DNA from: Lepidogalaxias salamandroides
Taxonomy: Eukaryota
Direction: 5' to 3' (one strand)
Assembly: GCA_049190665.1 (NCBI GenBank)
Contig: CM110852.1
DNA: 64,000 nt
In this document: in pieces, positions 1 through 12,514 of the stretch
Numbering within the stretch: position 1 is the first letter of the stretch
How the letters are laid out: every line of letters starts with the position of its first letter
Translations under genes and position numbers: made by a program
The notes under the pieces: model-generated
Told to the model about the DNA's origin: nothing
Databases searched by the model: none
Seen by the model: only the letters and a program-made list of their open reading frames with translations

Positions 1-611
1 GTTGATCCGTTTTCTGACACGGCCATTGTCAGTCGGAGTTGATTTGGCACATCTTTTAACTCTGGCAGCAGCACGTCACTGACATTGACTTGACCAAGAC
101 GACTGTGATTGGTTTAAAAAAATACAAACAAGACAGAGCGTTGAATGATAATGGGTTCAGCCAGACCTTTCTCCGTCGCTGGCACAGCGCTAAAACAAAG
201 TGTGGAGATAGGTCTGGCTATGTCTGAGATTATGTGTGATCCTCCATTGTCCGTCTGCTGTGAATGCTGCTGAGTGATTCTAGTCCAGTCCAATGATTTT
301 GCTGCTCATGTGGGTGATATTGTTGAGGGGGTTAAGGTGGATGTTGCTCATGGAGCCAAACCAGGCGATAATGTTGAATGTGATGATGGACTCAATGAGT
401 CTTAGAAGACAAGTACCCGAATATTCACTGACTCATAGCTGTTTCTCACCAAAAGCAGCTCTAAGTTACAACCATCTCCAATGGAGTTAGATGGGACTCT
501 ACCCTGAGATAAACATCTCAATGGCTAGAGTAGCATATGGGACGAACCCCCACCATGTTGCTAGAACAGTTTGTCTTCCTGAGCTACTGCAGATAAATGG
601 ATATATGAATC

Positions 612-1023
612 TGTCGCGGTCTAGCCACGACCAGGGTTGCTTCAGCGGAGTAAAGAGAACAGTCAGGGGTTTCCCGGGACGGAGTGTTTATTTGTTCAAC
701 CCTCCCGAGCCACCGGCTCGTCTTAACCCGCCAGGAATTTCAATGATACAATTTAAAAGGAAACAACGAAGAACACAACCACCGCTGCCACGCAGCTAAA
801 ACCGGAGACCAGCAGGTGCGGGGAATCTTTCTCGGGTTCCGATCGCCAGCTCTGTCCTTTGGCACTCGTGTCTCTGGAACCGGCCTCACTGTGGGACAAA
901 GGTAAGATCAGAACCTAAATAGTCTCCTAATCCTAATGTCCCACAGCTGCGTTCGGCCCGGGGTAGCCGCCCCGCCCCCCTGTTTTACCTCCCGATGCCG
1001 AGCCACGCCCCCTCCACACCACA
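612..1023 (-). repeat. 3' LTR of Gmr1-like element (minus orientation)
   Basis: About 95% identical to 3865-4288. Termini are TG...CA. Confidence 0.55.
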
Positions 1024-1059
1024 TACCCCCACCGCCCGCCTTAGGCCGGGGAGCCGTCC

Positions 1060-1860
1060 GACTGACAGCCAACTCCCCCCCCCCCCCGCCTTCTTCCGGC
1101 AGGCGGGAGAGAAAGTCAGCTACCGCCATCTGTACACCCGGCTTATGAATCACCTTGAACTTAAATGGCTGTAAAGCGAGATACCAACGGGTGATCCCCG
1201 CGTTGGTGTCCTTCATGCGGTGGAGCCATTGGAGCGGAGCGTGGTCTGAACAGAGGGTGAAGGAGCGGCCCAGGAGGTAGTAATGCAGAGCGTCGACCGC
1301 CCACTTGATGGCTAGACACTCCTTCTCCACCACTTGGGTTGCTACAATGCCTGGGGCTGCGTCTTATCTACCTGTGGGCGCACCTGCCCGCCGCCCAAGT
1401 GGTACCCCAGATACCGTACCTCCCTCCGTCCAATCACACACTTCTTCGGGTTGGCCGTGAGCCCGGCCCGCCTCAGAGACTCGAGCACCGCCGCCACCCA
1501 CCGAATATGCTGCCGCCAGGTGCCACTATGGATGATAACATTATCCAAGTAGGCAGCAGCACTCGGTCCATGAGGCGCTGGAAGGTGGCCGGTGCCCCGA
1601 ACAACCAGAACGGAAGTGTGGTAAACTGGAATAAGCCGTACGGAGTGGAGAAAGCCACTCCAAACTAAATTTCCTTGGACTCTGGAGACAGGGGAATCGA
1701 ATGCATCGAATTTGGACACCGCGTTCACCTTGCGATAGTCGACACAGAAGCGGACCGATCCATCGGGCTTGCGGACAAGGAGGATGGGGCTCGACCAGCC
1801 GCTGTGCGACTCTTCTATTACGCCCATCTCCAGCATGGCCTTTAATTCTTCCTTTACCAC
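1060..1860 (-). pseudogene. Frameshifted reverse transcriptase-RNase H fragment of Gmr1-like element
   Basis: ORFs 1342..1860 and 1473..1658 (minus) carry RT motifs (PYGLFQF..LPFGL.GAPATFQRLMD, YLDDVIIHS). ORF 908..1333 carries RNase H (EKECLAIKWA..LLGRSFTLCSDHAPLQWL..ITRWY..ADFLSRLPE). The frame is broken between blocks. Confidence 0.7.
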
Positions 1861-2287
1861 TTTTCTTTTGTGTTCTGGTAACCTATACGGACGTCACCTA
1901 ACCGTCACGCCGGGAGCCGTCTTGATGCGGTGGTCTATGAGGCTAGTGCACCCCAGCAAGGGAGAGAATACGTCGGCAAACCTATGCTGCAACTCAGCGA
2001 CGTCGGCGGCTTGGCCCGGAGAAAGGTGACTACAAATGGGGAGGATTGGGCCGACTTTGGAGCCTCCGGTCCCAGCTCACCTTCCTGTGGAACCACCGTG
2101 CCCAGTGCCACCGGTCTCACCTCATTCCACAGTTTGAGCAGATTAAGGTGATAAATCCCCCCCCCCCCCCCCCTTGTCGGAGCGTGCTACCTCATAGTCG
2201 ACGTCCCCAACCCGCCGTGTGACCACGAAGGGCCCTTGCCACTTGGCAAGTAATTTCGAGCTGGAGGTAGGGAGCAATACAAGGACC

Positions 2288-2881
2288 TTATCTCCTAAGT
2301 CGCGTCCCCCGATCATACAGGCGCTGTTGACGTTGTTGGGCCTCGAGCAAATGCTCCTGTGAAAGCTGACCCAGTGTCTGGAGCTTTGGCCGCAGGTCCG
2401 TCACGTATTGGATCTCGTTTTTACAAGCGCTTGGCCCCTCCTCCCAGCTTTCCTTAACAAGGACCAAGATACCCCGAGGTCGTCGCCCGAACAATAATTC
2501 AAAGGGGGAAAACCGCGTGGAGGCCTGAGGCACCTCCCGCACTGCAAACATCAAAGGATCGAGCCACCTATCCCATTGTCGACTATCCTCGTGCACGAAC
2601 TTCCTCAGCATGGACTTTAACGTCTGATTAAACCGCTCCACCAGTCCGTCGGTCTGGGGATGGTACATGCTGGTATGAATCGACTTAACCCCCAGTAACC
2701 CGTACAGTTTGCGAAGTGTGCGTGACATAAACAACGTGCCTTGGTCCGTCAGGATCTCTTTAGGGATCCCGACTCGGGAGATAAGTTGAAACAGTGCGCG
2801 CGCTACACGGCTTGGTGTGTGTAGACCACACCCACCCCCGCCCACCCCACGGTGACTGAAGTGGTCATGTGAGGACTGCAC
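2288..2881 (-). pseudogene. 5'-truncated integrase core fragment (DDE region) of Gmr1-like element
   Basis: ORF 2288..2881 reads ..IPKEILTDQGTLFMS..YHPQTDGLVERFNQTLK. It lies 5' of the RT on the coding strand, which is the Gmr1/copia-like order. Confidence 0.6.
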
Positions 2882-3864
2882 GCAATGAAACGAGATAATA
2901 ATGATTATATGGCTTTATTATTATGACTAAATGCTGCACATTTAGTCCATTGTTACAGACAATGATTTTATTGAATTGATGCCGTTACATAACTGGCATG
3001 TTTGTCACTGCAACAAAAGTAAGCCCTTGACCAAGGAATTAATGTGGTCAAAAATATTCAAAGAAAGGATTAAAAGCCATCCTATCTTGTCTGTAACAGA
3101 GAGTTATGTTGAGGGTATTGAGGTATAAACATAAGTAAGAATTTAGAGATGAAAACCTATAATCATCAAATGTTCTGAATATTTTGGGGGATGCTTGTTG
3201 CATTGTTCAGGGCCAGGTGAGAATGATCCAGAATGTGGGGGGGGGGGTAGTGTTCTGGGGGGATGCATGTATTCCTTTTAGTAGGATAAGTAGAGAGCAT
3301 AGGCTCTATTGTGTGGATGTAGTGAGGTGTGTAAATGAGGGGAAGGGGGGCAGGCTTCAGTACCCAGCCTCATCCAGACCATTGACTGTTATTAGCATTT
3401 GAAAGGCCAAGCCACCAGCTAACACCTGTGGTCAGGGGTATTCCTGAATATATAAGGGTAACAGCTGTATTTGAACATGTCAGGCATAGTCAGTAATACC
3501 TCCACCAAACCTCAGGTTTGGCAGAAATTGGAGTGGCGGCCTCCCGGATGCGGTGGGAGGTCGAAGGCGACCTTTAATGCATCCCCGGCCAGCAGCGGTA
3601 GCAGCCGGAGCCCCCACTAGAGGTCGTCGTCAGGGTTCATGCGCTGCATGACCAGTCCCACCGGCAGGGCGTCCCGGCCTTGTTCCCCTAGCCCCTCGCC
3701 CGGCGTGTCGCGGCGCATCTGGTCAATTAGGACGGGGAGCTCGAGCAGGGCGCGGGTCTGGCGCTCCTGGCCCTCCACCAGGATCTGTAGGGCTCTGGCC
3801 AGCGGGGACTCCCCCTGGTGCTCCATGGTCCTCCTCCGGGCTCCGCTGCTGTTCAGGCGCCACT

Positions 3865-4288
3865 TGTCGCGGTCTAGCCACGACCAGGGTTGCTTCAGCG
3901 GAGTAAAGAGAACGGAGTCAGGGGTTTCCCGGGACGGAGTGTTTATTTGTTCAACCCTCCCGTTGCGAGCCACCGAGTGGCTCGTCTTAACCCGCCGGGA
4001 ATTTCAATGATACAACTTAAAAGGAAACAACGAAGAACACAACCACCGCTGCCACGCAGCTAAAACCGGAGACCAGCAGGTGCGGGGAATCTTTCTCGGG
4101 TTCCGATCGCCAGCTCTGTCCTTTGGCACTCGTGTCTCTGGAATCGGCCTCACTGTGGGACAAAGGTAAGATCAGAACCTAAATAGTCTCCTAATCCTAA
4201 TGTCCCACAGCTGCGTTCGGCCCGGGGTAGCCGCCCCGCCCCCCTGTTTTACCTCCCGATGCCGAGCCACGCCCCCCTCCACACCACA
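3865..4288 (-). repeat. 5' LTR of Gmr1-like element
   Basis: Copy of 612-1023 with small indels (gg, ttgcg, agtgg). Confidence 0.55.
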
Positions 4289-4335
4289 GAATCATATCAA
4301 CACACAATATGAAAACAGATGTGCTACAGAACTTT

Positions 4336-4700
4336 GCTCTAATAATAATAATACATTTGATTTGTATAGCGCTTTTCTTAGTACCCAAAGCCGCTTTACA
4401 TAAAAATCTTTAATAAGTACAAAACATAGCAAAATAAAACATATAAAAGTACAGTGAGACGTAAATAAAATAATTTTTAAAACTTGAGTTGGATAAGAGG
4501 AAAGGTTAACAGATGAAGGCGAGTTTGAAGAGGTGTGTTTTGAGGGCCTGTTTAAAGGAGGGTAGGTTGGTTGATTTACGGATGTGGATGGAGACGGTGT
4601 TCCACCTGCAGGTGCAGCACCTGAAAAGGCCCTGTCACCCCAGGTCCGGAGCTTGGTCCTTGGGATTTTTAATAATAACGAATAATAATAACGAATGAGT
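4336..4700. repeat. Unclassified interspersed repeat bounded by (AAT)n; head shares the motif AATAATAATA..TTTATATAGCGCTTTTCT with copies at 22509-22560 and 57510-57565
   Basis: Three dispersed copies of the same about 50-bp motif in this window. A consensus-like internal sequence follows. Confidence 0.3.
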
Positions 4701-4951
4701 GATATAACTGTATATTGCATGAACTACAACTAAGAACAGTCCAAACGACTCAAAAACAAATGTCTTAACTGAATACAATATGTTTTTTTTTTAGGGGCTT
4801 TTAAAAAATGGACGGATTAGATCCAATTTGCTCTTCATCAGGCTAGCCTTTCGCAACCTTGTACAGTAGCAAGTTTCCAAACGAACTGATGATGTCATTC
4901 CAGATTTAACCTTCAGATTTCATCCTAGCATTTTAGCGTGTTCTTAAATGA

Positions 4952-5173
4952 GTGCGTGTGGGTGTTTTTTTGTGTTTTAATTGGTTCTCCCCAGAGACGT
5001 GTGTGCTGACCAAGGGGAAACATCTGGCCACGGCACGGGCCCTGACCGACTGCCAGTGCTTCTCTCTGTCCTGGCTGGGTTTCCAACAGGCCCTGGTCGG
5101 GTTCCCGGACGTCCGCAAAGACCTGGAGAAACTGGTCCAGTTCCACGCCGACCAAGAGTCCAACAGCGTGTAA
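4952..5173 (+). CDS. Candidate terminal coding exon of an unidentified gene (..ETCVLTKGKHLATARALTDCQCFSLSWLGFQQALVGFPDVRKDLEKLVQFHADQESNSV*)
   Basis: A polypyrimidine tract plus AG acceptor (ttctccccag) lies just upstream at about 4985. The segment is GC-rich and open in three frames. A TAA stop at 5171 is followed by AT-rich sequence with AATAAA signals (5631, 5741). No homolog is recognised. Confidence 0.2.
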   Translation: MRVGVFLCFNWFSPETCVLTKGKHLATARALTDCQCFSLSWLGFQQALVGFPDVRKDLEKLVQFHADQESNSV

Positions 5174-6502
5174 GAAGAACCAGGACTCTACAGAGAGAGA
5201 GAGATCTCTACTGAATCGACTGGTTGGTTTTATACAAGAGTTCAAGTATAAACACAAAAAAAGATTGTTTTTTGCAAGACCTCAAGTATGAACAGCAAAG
5301 TTTTCGTAAATCATTTTTAATGGTTTTATACTTAGAGTTGAAGGACATGAAATATACTATATGAGTATAGTATAGTATAGTATAGTACTAGTATTAGTAC
5401 AATTCTGGGGAATGTATTTGTTGAAATTACTTTGTTGAAATTATTTTTATAAGAGCCATATATGAATATTATTTTGGAAATGTATCCACTGTGTTGGACA
5501 GTGGGACACAGGTCTTCTGCTTGGATTATTAAGAAGCTCTTTTTAGCAACAGTTACCATAATCTATTGTGCACATTTTATGATGATATTGTAGAGTTTTA
5601 AGTTTCAAGCTTAAAGAATATATGCAATAAATACATCCCAATGTTCTCTCTTTTTTTGGAAAAGGTGCTTTTATTTTCTATTTAATTTAATTTAAATGTT
5701 TTATATAATGTAACTTGTTCACCAGAGCAATAAAGCAGACTGCCTGCTATGTGTAGTCAGTTTTGAACCATGCGGGGTGTCGGTGGAGAGAGAGACCGTG
5801 TGTATGTGTTTATTTCTGGTACCTCCTGGAGCTGTGCCCTCACATCCACCTGCATCTGAAAACCAACCAATCAGAGAAGGAGGATGGGGGTGACTGTGCT
5901 TCGCAGTTGGTTTGGGATTCAAAGGACCATCCCACCACATCCCCTCTGGAAATACTCCTTTAATAACTTTAAGGTCTAATAAAGTGTGTTAAACCCCCCA
6001 CTGCTGCCACACACACACACACACTCCTGAAGATCTCTGTGTCTGTCCAACTGCAACACACATTTACTGAGACATATACACACACACACACACACACACA
6101 GACATAGAAGTACACAGGCAAACAAACGCACGTACGTAAACACACATACTCACAAGTACACTTACATATGACTAGTGTGTTGGCTTCATTTTTGTGGCAA
6201 GCTACAGGGACTGCAGCAAACTAAATGCTAACTATGTGCGGCTCCTCAAGTGGAGCTCAGAGCAGTTAGTCAGCAGGAATAACTGGCCTCCAGAGGGCCA
6301 TCTGCTCAGAATAGACCAGGCGGAAAGAAGAACTGTCAAACTGTCTTTGGAAAACTCACAGTACCTGCGTCAGTATACGAGAAGAACGTACTTAAAAACG
6401 TAAAGCACTGGCACAGCTCGTTACAGGTGCACCTTTTGAAAGTTTTAATGCAGCTGCACATTGAAAACCATGATATGTTGGAAAATATGTCTTATATATG
6501 TA

Positions 6503-6533
<31 letters not shown>

Positions 6534-6889
6534 ATAATAATATACTTTATGTGATGTCATGTATCTTTGTTCTACTGTTAGTCAATGAGTTTGTTGAATG
6601 ATTTCATGCTATGCAGTAATGTATTAATGCACATTATGGAATAACTGCCACAGAAAGTTACACAGAAGACGCTGGAAGTACAGGAGAGAAATGTTTACGA
6701 AGCAGCCCTCTAGTGGATAGATACCATGAAGTACTGGCACAATATCATCCTGATGAATAGCATAGCTATTCATCATAGCTACTCTAATGTAATCTACAAT
6801 ACAACCATGTAGCCTAATGACAGCTCTCGGAGATGTCACTATCATCAGGTTCAACAGGACTTTTTTGTTGCTATGGCAAAGAATTAAGG

Positions 6890-8668
6890 AAATACAAAAT
6901 CGTGTTTGTTCGCAAGTCTGATGGGTCTATTCGCTTCTGTGTTGACTATCGCAAGGTGAATAGTGTGTAAAAATGTGATGCCTATCCAATGCCTTGTATC
7001 GACGAACTCCTGGATCAGTTATGCACAGCTTTTTTTTCCGACACTGGATTTAACCAAGGGCTACTGGTGTGTACCAGTTCAACACACTTCCGTTTGGGTT
7101 GTTTCCAGCGTCTCATGGACTGGGTGCTGCGGCCGCACGCTGAGTATGCTGCTGCCTACCTGGATGATGTCATTATTCATAGTGTGACCTGGCAGCAGCA
7201 TATGCAGCAGGTGGAGGCAGTGCTCAAGTCACTGAGGTGGGGCTCACGGCCAACCCAAAGAAGTGTGTCATTGAATGGAGGGAAGTACGGTATTTGGGGT
7301 ACCACTTAGGTGGCGGGCAGGTGTGCCCGCAGGTAGACAAAACAGAGGCTATCGCAGCCTGTCCGCAACCAAAAAGGAGGTGAGGGCATTCCTGGGGCTA
7401 CTATAGGCGGTTTATCCCCGCTTTCTCTGAGCTGACCAGCCCCATGACCAACCTCACTTGAAAGGATGCTTCAGATTCGGTCCAGTGGACCGAGCAGTGT
7501 CAGGTAGCATTTGAGAGGGTGAAAAAGGCGCTCTGTGGGGAGCCACTTTTATATACGCCTAACTTTAAGCTCCCGTTTGTCTTGCAGACCGATGCATCGA
7601 ACCAGGCCTGGATCCCTGAACGGGCCTGTCGGGCCCAGGGGCCCAGGGGCCCAGGGGCCCACAGGTCAGGGGGGCCCTCTAGAAAATTTGACCAACTGAG
7701 ATACGCTGTTCTAGAGCCCGACCCTGAATTTCATAACCAAAAAGGCCCCACATACTGTGTAATAGTCCCCCCCCCCGTCAACAAATAGAATCGCGGATAG
7801 AAACCTCGCGCTAGGGGGGGCCCTTTTATGTGTCTGGGCCCAGGGGCCCATGGACTCGGGATCCGGCCCTGCATCGAACAGAGGGTTGGGGTACGTTTTG
7901 TCCCAGGAGGTGGAGGGCGTGGACTGTCCGGTGCTGTACCTCAGCCGCAAACTATCCGAGCAGGAGGGGAGGTACAGCACCGTGGAGAAGGAGTGCTTGG
8001 CCATCAAGTCAACGCCCTATGCTACTACTCCTGGGGCGCTCATTCACCCTCTGCTCGGACTATGCTCCGCTTCAGTGGCTTCACTGCATGAAGGACACCA
8101 ACGCGCAGATCACCCGTTGGTATCGCTCTACAGATTCAAGATTCAAGATTTTTATTTGTCACATACATACACGGGGTGTGTAGTGAAATGAAAAGTTCAA
8201 GGTGATCCATAGGCCAGGGGCACAAATGGCGGTGGCTGACTTCCTCTCCTGCTTGCCAGAGTAAGGGGGGGGGCCGGGGACAACTCCCCGGCCTATGGAT
8301 CACCGGCGGTGGGGATATGTGGAGTGAAGGAGGCATGGTTTGGCATCGGCTCGCAAACAAGGCGGCCAATTTCCGGGATTGACGCAGCTGTGGGTGGTGA
8401 GCATAATGAGTTTTGGGGATATATGCTCATGTCTGTTTGCTCTCCCCCACAGTGAGACCGGATCCAGATCCAAGACCGTAGACAGAGGAGACGCCGGCGT
8501 GGTCCCTCTGACTTGGACAGTTGAATAATCTGTGTGTTTTGTGTGTAAGCATTGTTGACGGTGTGTGTGTGTGTGTTTAACATGCATGCACAAGGTGATG
8601 CAAGTCACAGTACCTACGTGCTTCGTTGTTGTTGTTTTTCTGTTGCCATTCTTCCTGTGGTGTCGACA
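6890..8668 (+). mobile_element. 5'-truncated, degenerate Gmr1-like gypsy copy (RT-RNase H remnants plus 3' LTR), same family as 612-4288
   Basis: RT and RNase H remnants are present: VFVRKSDGSIRFCVDYRKVNSV, YLDDVIIHS (ORF 6989..7309), FVLQTDAS, LLGRSFTLCSDYAPLQWL..ITRWY and KVIHRPGAQMAVADFLS. The sequence from about 8303 (tgtggagtgaaggaggcatgg..) aligns to the LTR of the other copy. A (GGGGCCCA)n microsatellite is inserted at 7620-7680. Confidence 0.55.
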
Positions 8669-9486
8669 ACGTCACCATTGTGTAAAAGAGCCTATCAGCT
8701 AATGCTCTCTATAGTGTTAACTCTATAACTCTGTGAGAGGCCGCTAGTGGGCAAAATTACATAGTGTCTCTTTAAATTACATAACGTGACATTTTTTATG
8801 TCTGATGATACTGGTCATGGTGAGTCTATTGTACCATTTTAAAGTATAGTAGTAATGTTATATGCTATACTTATATACTAAACTATAATTTATAGTTCTG
8901 TATGTCATATTGCATATTGTCTCATATTCACTCATATTGTTTATTTATATGTAAACAGATGTGGTACCCCAAAATAACAGCTGGTCCAACGTTGGCCACC
9001 CCATCAAAAATTGTCTGGAGCCACTGAGTTTGTGGCACTGTGGGTTAAATGTATATTGCAAGACACGTGCTATCTTGAAATATAACACTTTTTTTTAATC
9101 CCTTATAATATATATATACTCCACAAGATGGCATTAGTGAGTGTATTCTATTCAGCCGTTGGCTGCAAGTGTAAAGACCAGTCAATGGTAAAGACATTCA
9201 TGGTTCCGACGTGCAAAAACCAGGAAGGAACAAGCAAGTATAACTCCTCTCACCTGAGGACATCCAGAGGCATCCAGAGGAAAGCTAAAGAATGGGGGAT
9301 GTTCATCCCCAGAAAAAACCCTCCATTCCACTTGTTGATGGGTCCACAAAACCTTCACAGCCCACTGAAGATACCGCCTGCATCGTTACGCCGCACAAAT
9401 CCTGTGTGTTCAGGTCTGGCACTAGGAGTAACATACAGGTCTAAAGTCATTTCACAGAGGATAAGGAACACAATAATAGCATTTCC

Positions 9487-9495
9487 ATCTATCTA

Positions 9496-9549
<54 letters not shown>

Positions 9550-9560
9550 AATATAAAAAA
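9487..9560. repeat. (ATCT)n microsatellite
   Basis: Tandem tetranucleotide run visible in sequence. Confidence 0.95.
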
Positions 9561-10467
9561 AGATATACTGTATATCTGTCTATCTATTTGTCTATCTGTC
9601 TACCTATCTTTTTTTATATAATGTAGGCCTATTTATTCTGTTAACAGAATTAAATACAATCAACAGTAATTTTGTTTTAACTTTGTTCCCCCCTCCCCTT
9701 TTCCCCGCCCCTGATACACATACAACAATTTCTACAAAATAACATAAATAGTAGAAAATAAGTACAAAAAATAATAATAATAGAAAAAAAACTCCTTACA
9801 GAGCGATTGAGTCAATGATAAAACAGAAGAACATGTAAAACAACAAATTATTTTTAAATGTATTGACAGAATTTGCATTAATAATGAGTGCTTAATTTGT
9901 CCTACAGAGTCTTTAATTTACTTATGAAATTAATCATAGGGCCCCAAACAGACTCACATTTTCCAGATGATCCCTTCAAGCTGTACTTAAAATGTTCCAG
10001 GTTTAGGAACATCAAGAGGTCTTTGAACCATAGAGATGCTTTGTCTTTGACTCCAACAGGATTCTTCTATATGCTAATAAGCATATAGGCAAAGGCGATA
10101 CTATCCTTTGTTTTCGTCCTAATTGTTTGATGACCGGGTATTACTTAAAAAATTGCCATTTCTGCACAGGGTGTAAGTACAATGTCTTCAGCAAGGTGTT
10201 AGAAAATAGCTGCCTAGTAACTGTTTAGACGAGGCCAAGACCAAAACATGTCATGTTTTTTGGTGACATTTATTACAAGTTCTGACACTGGAATACATTT
10301 AGGAGAGTTTGGTGTTGGTGAAATACATTCAGTGGACAACCTTAAATTATATCACATTGAGCCTGGAAAAAGAAGTACTGTCATTCACTCTAGTTAATCC
10401 ATCCGTCATCTTCATCTATAACTTTGCCAAGTTCATCTACCCAATCTTTTTTTATTTTATCAAGAGA

Positions 10468-10473
10468 GGCCTC

Positions 10474-10566
<93 letters not shown>
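10468..10566. repeat. (GTCT)n/(ATCT)n compound microsatellite
   Basis: Tandem tetranucleotide run visible in sequence. Confidence 0.95.
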
Positions 10567-10568
<2 letters not shown>

Positions 10569-10572
10569 ATTG

Positions 10573-10712
10573 CATCACATCACTCTACTGCTCTACTACA
10601 CACTAAGACTTAGTGTGTAGTAGAGCAGTAGAGTGATGATCCATTTTAGCAAACTACTACTCATCACTTAGTGACTAAGTGATGAGTAGTAGTTTGCTAA
10701 AATGGATCATCA
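10573..10712. repeat. Two adjacent near-perfect palindromes (hairpins with about 32-bp and about 35-bp arms)
   Basis: 10573-10640 is catcactctactgctctactacacactaag|a|cttagtgtgtagtagagcagtagagtgatg. 10638-10712 is gatccattttagcaaactactactcatcacttagt|g|actaagtgatgagtagtagtttgctaaaatggatc. Confidence 0.85.
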
Positions 10713-11279
10713 AATATCTATCGCTTAAGTCAGCAATCTCCTGCGACCCCATATGCATATCAGGAAACCCCAAGTGAGGTCCCGACCCCAAGGTTGGGAA
10801 CCACTGCTATAGGGTGATCGACCGCCAGGTGAAAGATTCTGGATTCGATCTCCAAGATCTGCAGCCTCCCTGTGTAGACATCCTTGTCATCAAATATTAT
10901 ATTCTGTAAACGTCAACCTGCACATTCCCTCTATAGACCGTAACTGTGATACTGAGGCCTACGCCAATACTTATATTAGGCCTATGGGATGAAATAGATA
11001 TTGAAATATTAAAAAACAACAATTCATTCATCATTCATTCATTCATTCTAACCTTACAGCATGACATGAGATTTGCCAAGATGGCAGATAGCCAGCTCGT
11101 GTTGACACACTAAACAGCCCAGACTGGCCACCACACACACATCTGAATGAAGTGGATTTAAACAGTACTGTCACCTCTAATGACTCTCTTAATGAATAGG
11201 TGTCATATTAGCAGTATTAGTTGTTGTTAATACAGAAAAGACTTTCCACTTTCCATTTGGCCATATTGTCTCTCTGTAA

Positions 11280-11450
11280 AAGGTAGAGATTATATGGTCC
11301 ACACTCTCTCTCTCTCCTCTGTATGTTTCTCTCTCCTCTGTGTGTGTGTCTCTCTTTTTCTCTCTCTTTCTCTCGCTCTCTCTCTCTGTCTCACCCCCCC
11401 CCACACAGACACACACACACACACATACACAAACACACACATCAATCAAG
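11280..11450. repeat. (CT)n/(CA)n compound microsatellite
   Basis: Visible dinucleotide runs. Confidence 0.9.
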
Positions 11451-11687
11451 AGGGATAAAAAAGAAGACTATGCTGATAGGCTACTTCCTCATTCTCAGAC
11501 ACTCTTTATATTGTATTTTCAGATCCCACTGATTACAACCAAACAGTAATGATTTACCTCTCCACCAATGCCAAATAAAGTGAAAACACAGTCAAACATA
11601 AAAATAAAAAAGATTCAGAGAGGAAGCCACCAATGTAATGGGTGTGCTGAGTGAAATCGACATGTCTGGCATTGTGTCACACACACA

Positions 11688-11719
<32 letters not shown>

Positions 11720-12002
11720 CACGCACATTTGTGTCTTAACAGTCAGCTGCACCGTCGAATGGATTCAACATCAGAAAACGATGCAGACCAATTCAAGGGC
11801 TTTTGAACACTATGTTATCAGACCAAACTCAGCAGTAGTTGTGTGAAGCGCGTCTATATGCTCCACGTTGGACGTCTGCTGAAAACAGCGCACAAATGTA
11901 CAGAAGCCAAGGTGCGGGTATGCTGAACCTCGTGTAGGAAAACGCGTTTCATTCTGGAGAAGAGATTTAAAGATAAAAGTGATTGACAGGTGTCAGGCTC
12001 TC

Positions 12003-12065
12003 ATGTCCATGCGGACGCGGGGCGAGGTGGCGCTGCTCGCGGTTCTCCTGGAGCTCAGCGTGCGG
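12003..12065 (+). CDS. sctr: sctr-like class B1 GPCR, coding exon 1 (signal peptide MSMRTRGEVALLAVLLELSVR)
   Basis: ATG at 12003 opens a hydrophobic signal-like peptide. A GTGAGT donor lies at 12066. The exon is in phase with exon 2. A TATA-like tctatatgct sits at about 11853. Confidence 0.55.
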
Positions 12066-12399
12066 GTGAGTTATCAGGCTCATCATAACTATTCATATTA
12101 ATATGAATTCATAATAGCTAGTATTCACCATATTAGTTTAACGAATGCCAATTAGGTTATATGTCACCGATTTGACTAGACCAGAAGAAACTTGTGCGTT
12201 TTAATTGTATTATTATTATTATTATTATTATTACTATTATTTTAATTTTTATTTATTGTGTATTTTATTTGATCTTTTTCATTTTCCTTATGTCCTTATC
12301 TGTACTCTGTGAAAAGCGCGTTATAAATAAACTTTACTTACTTACTTACTTATTACTCCTATAAGTTAGATTTACGTGCTTTGTGTCTCTTTCTTCCAG

Positions 12400-12514
12400 C
12401 AGGCAGACGCGATCCCTGCTCAATGCCATCCTGACTTCGTCCTGTTTGAGGATGAAATCAAATGTATGGAACTGCTGAAGATTAACAGGAGTTCACATAA
12501 TGTTGAGCAGAAAG
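12400..12514 (+). CDS. sctr: sctr exon 2 (QADAIPAQCHPDFVLFEDEIKCMELLKINRSSHNVEQK)
   Basis: The acceptor is ttcttccag and the donor is GTAAAT at 12515. The peptide resembles the N-terminal ECD helix with two Cys, cf. human SCTR LCDVLQVLWEEQDQCLQEL. Confidence 0.6.

Larger units (their letters stand above)
612..4288 (-). mobile_element. Degenerate Gmr1-like Ty3/gypsy LTR retrotransposon (integrase upstream of RT-RNaseH), flanked by 5-bp TSD GAATC
   Basis: Direct repeats 612-1023 and 3865-4288 (about 412-424 bp) begin with TG and end with CA. Identical GAATC lies at 607-611 and 4289-4293. A PBS-like TGGCGCCTGAACAGC (tRNA-Lys-like) lies 2 nt inside the 5' LTR on the minus strand (RC of 3843-3860). 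A purine-rich tract, RC of about 1026-1045, abuts the 3' LTR. Internal RT, RNase H and integrase remnants are present. Confidence 0.6.

Noticed and set aside
908-1333. RNase H ORF continuing into a G-rich tail (GGGGGELAVSRTAPRPKAGGGG..)
   Set aside because: The real RNase H ends near ADFLSRLPE (about 1060). The remainder is chance read-through of the poly-C PPT region and the LTR.
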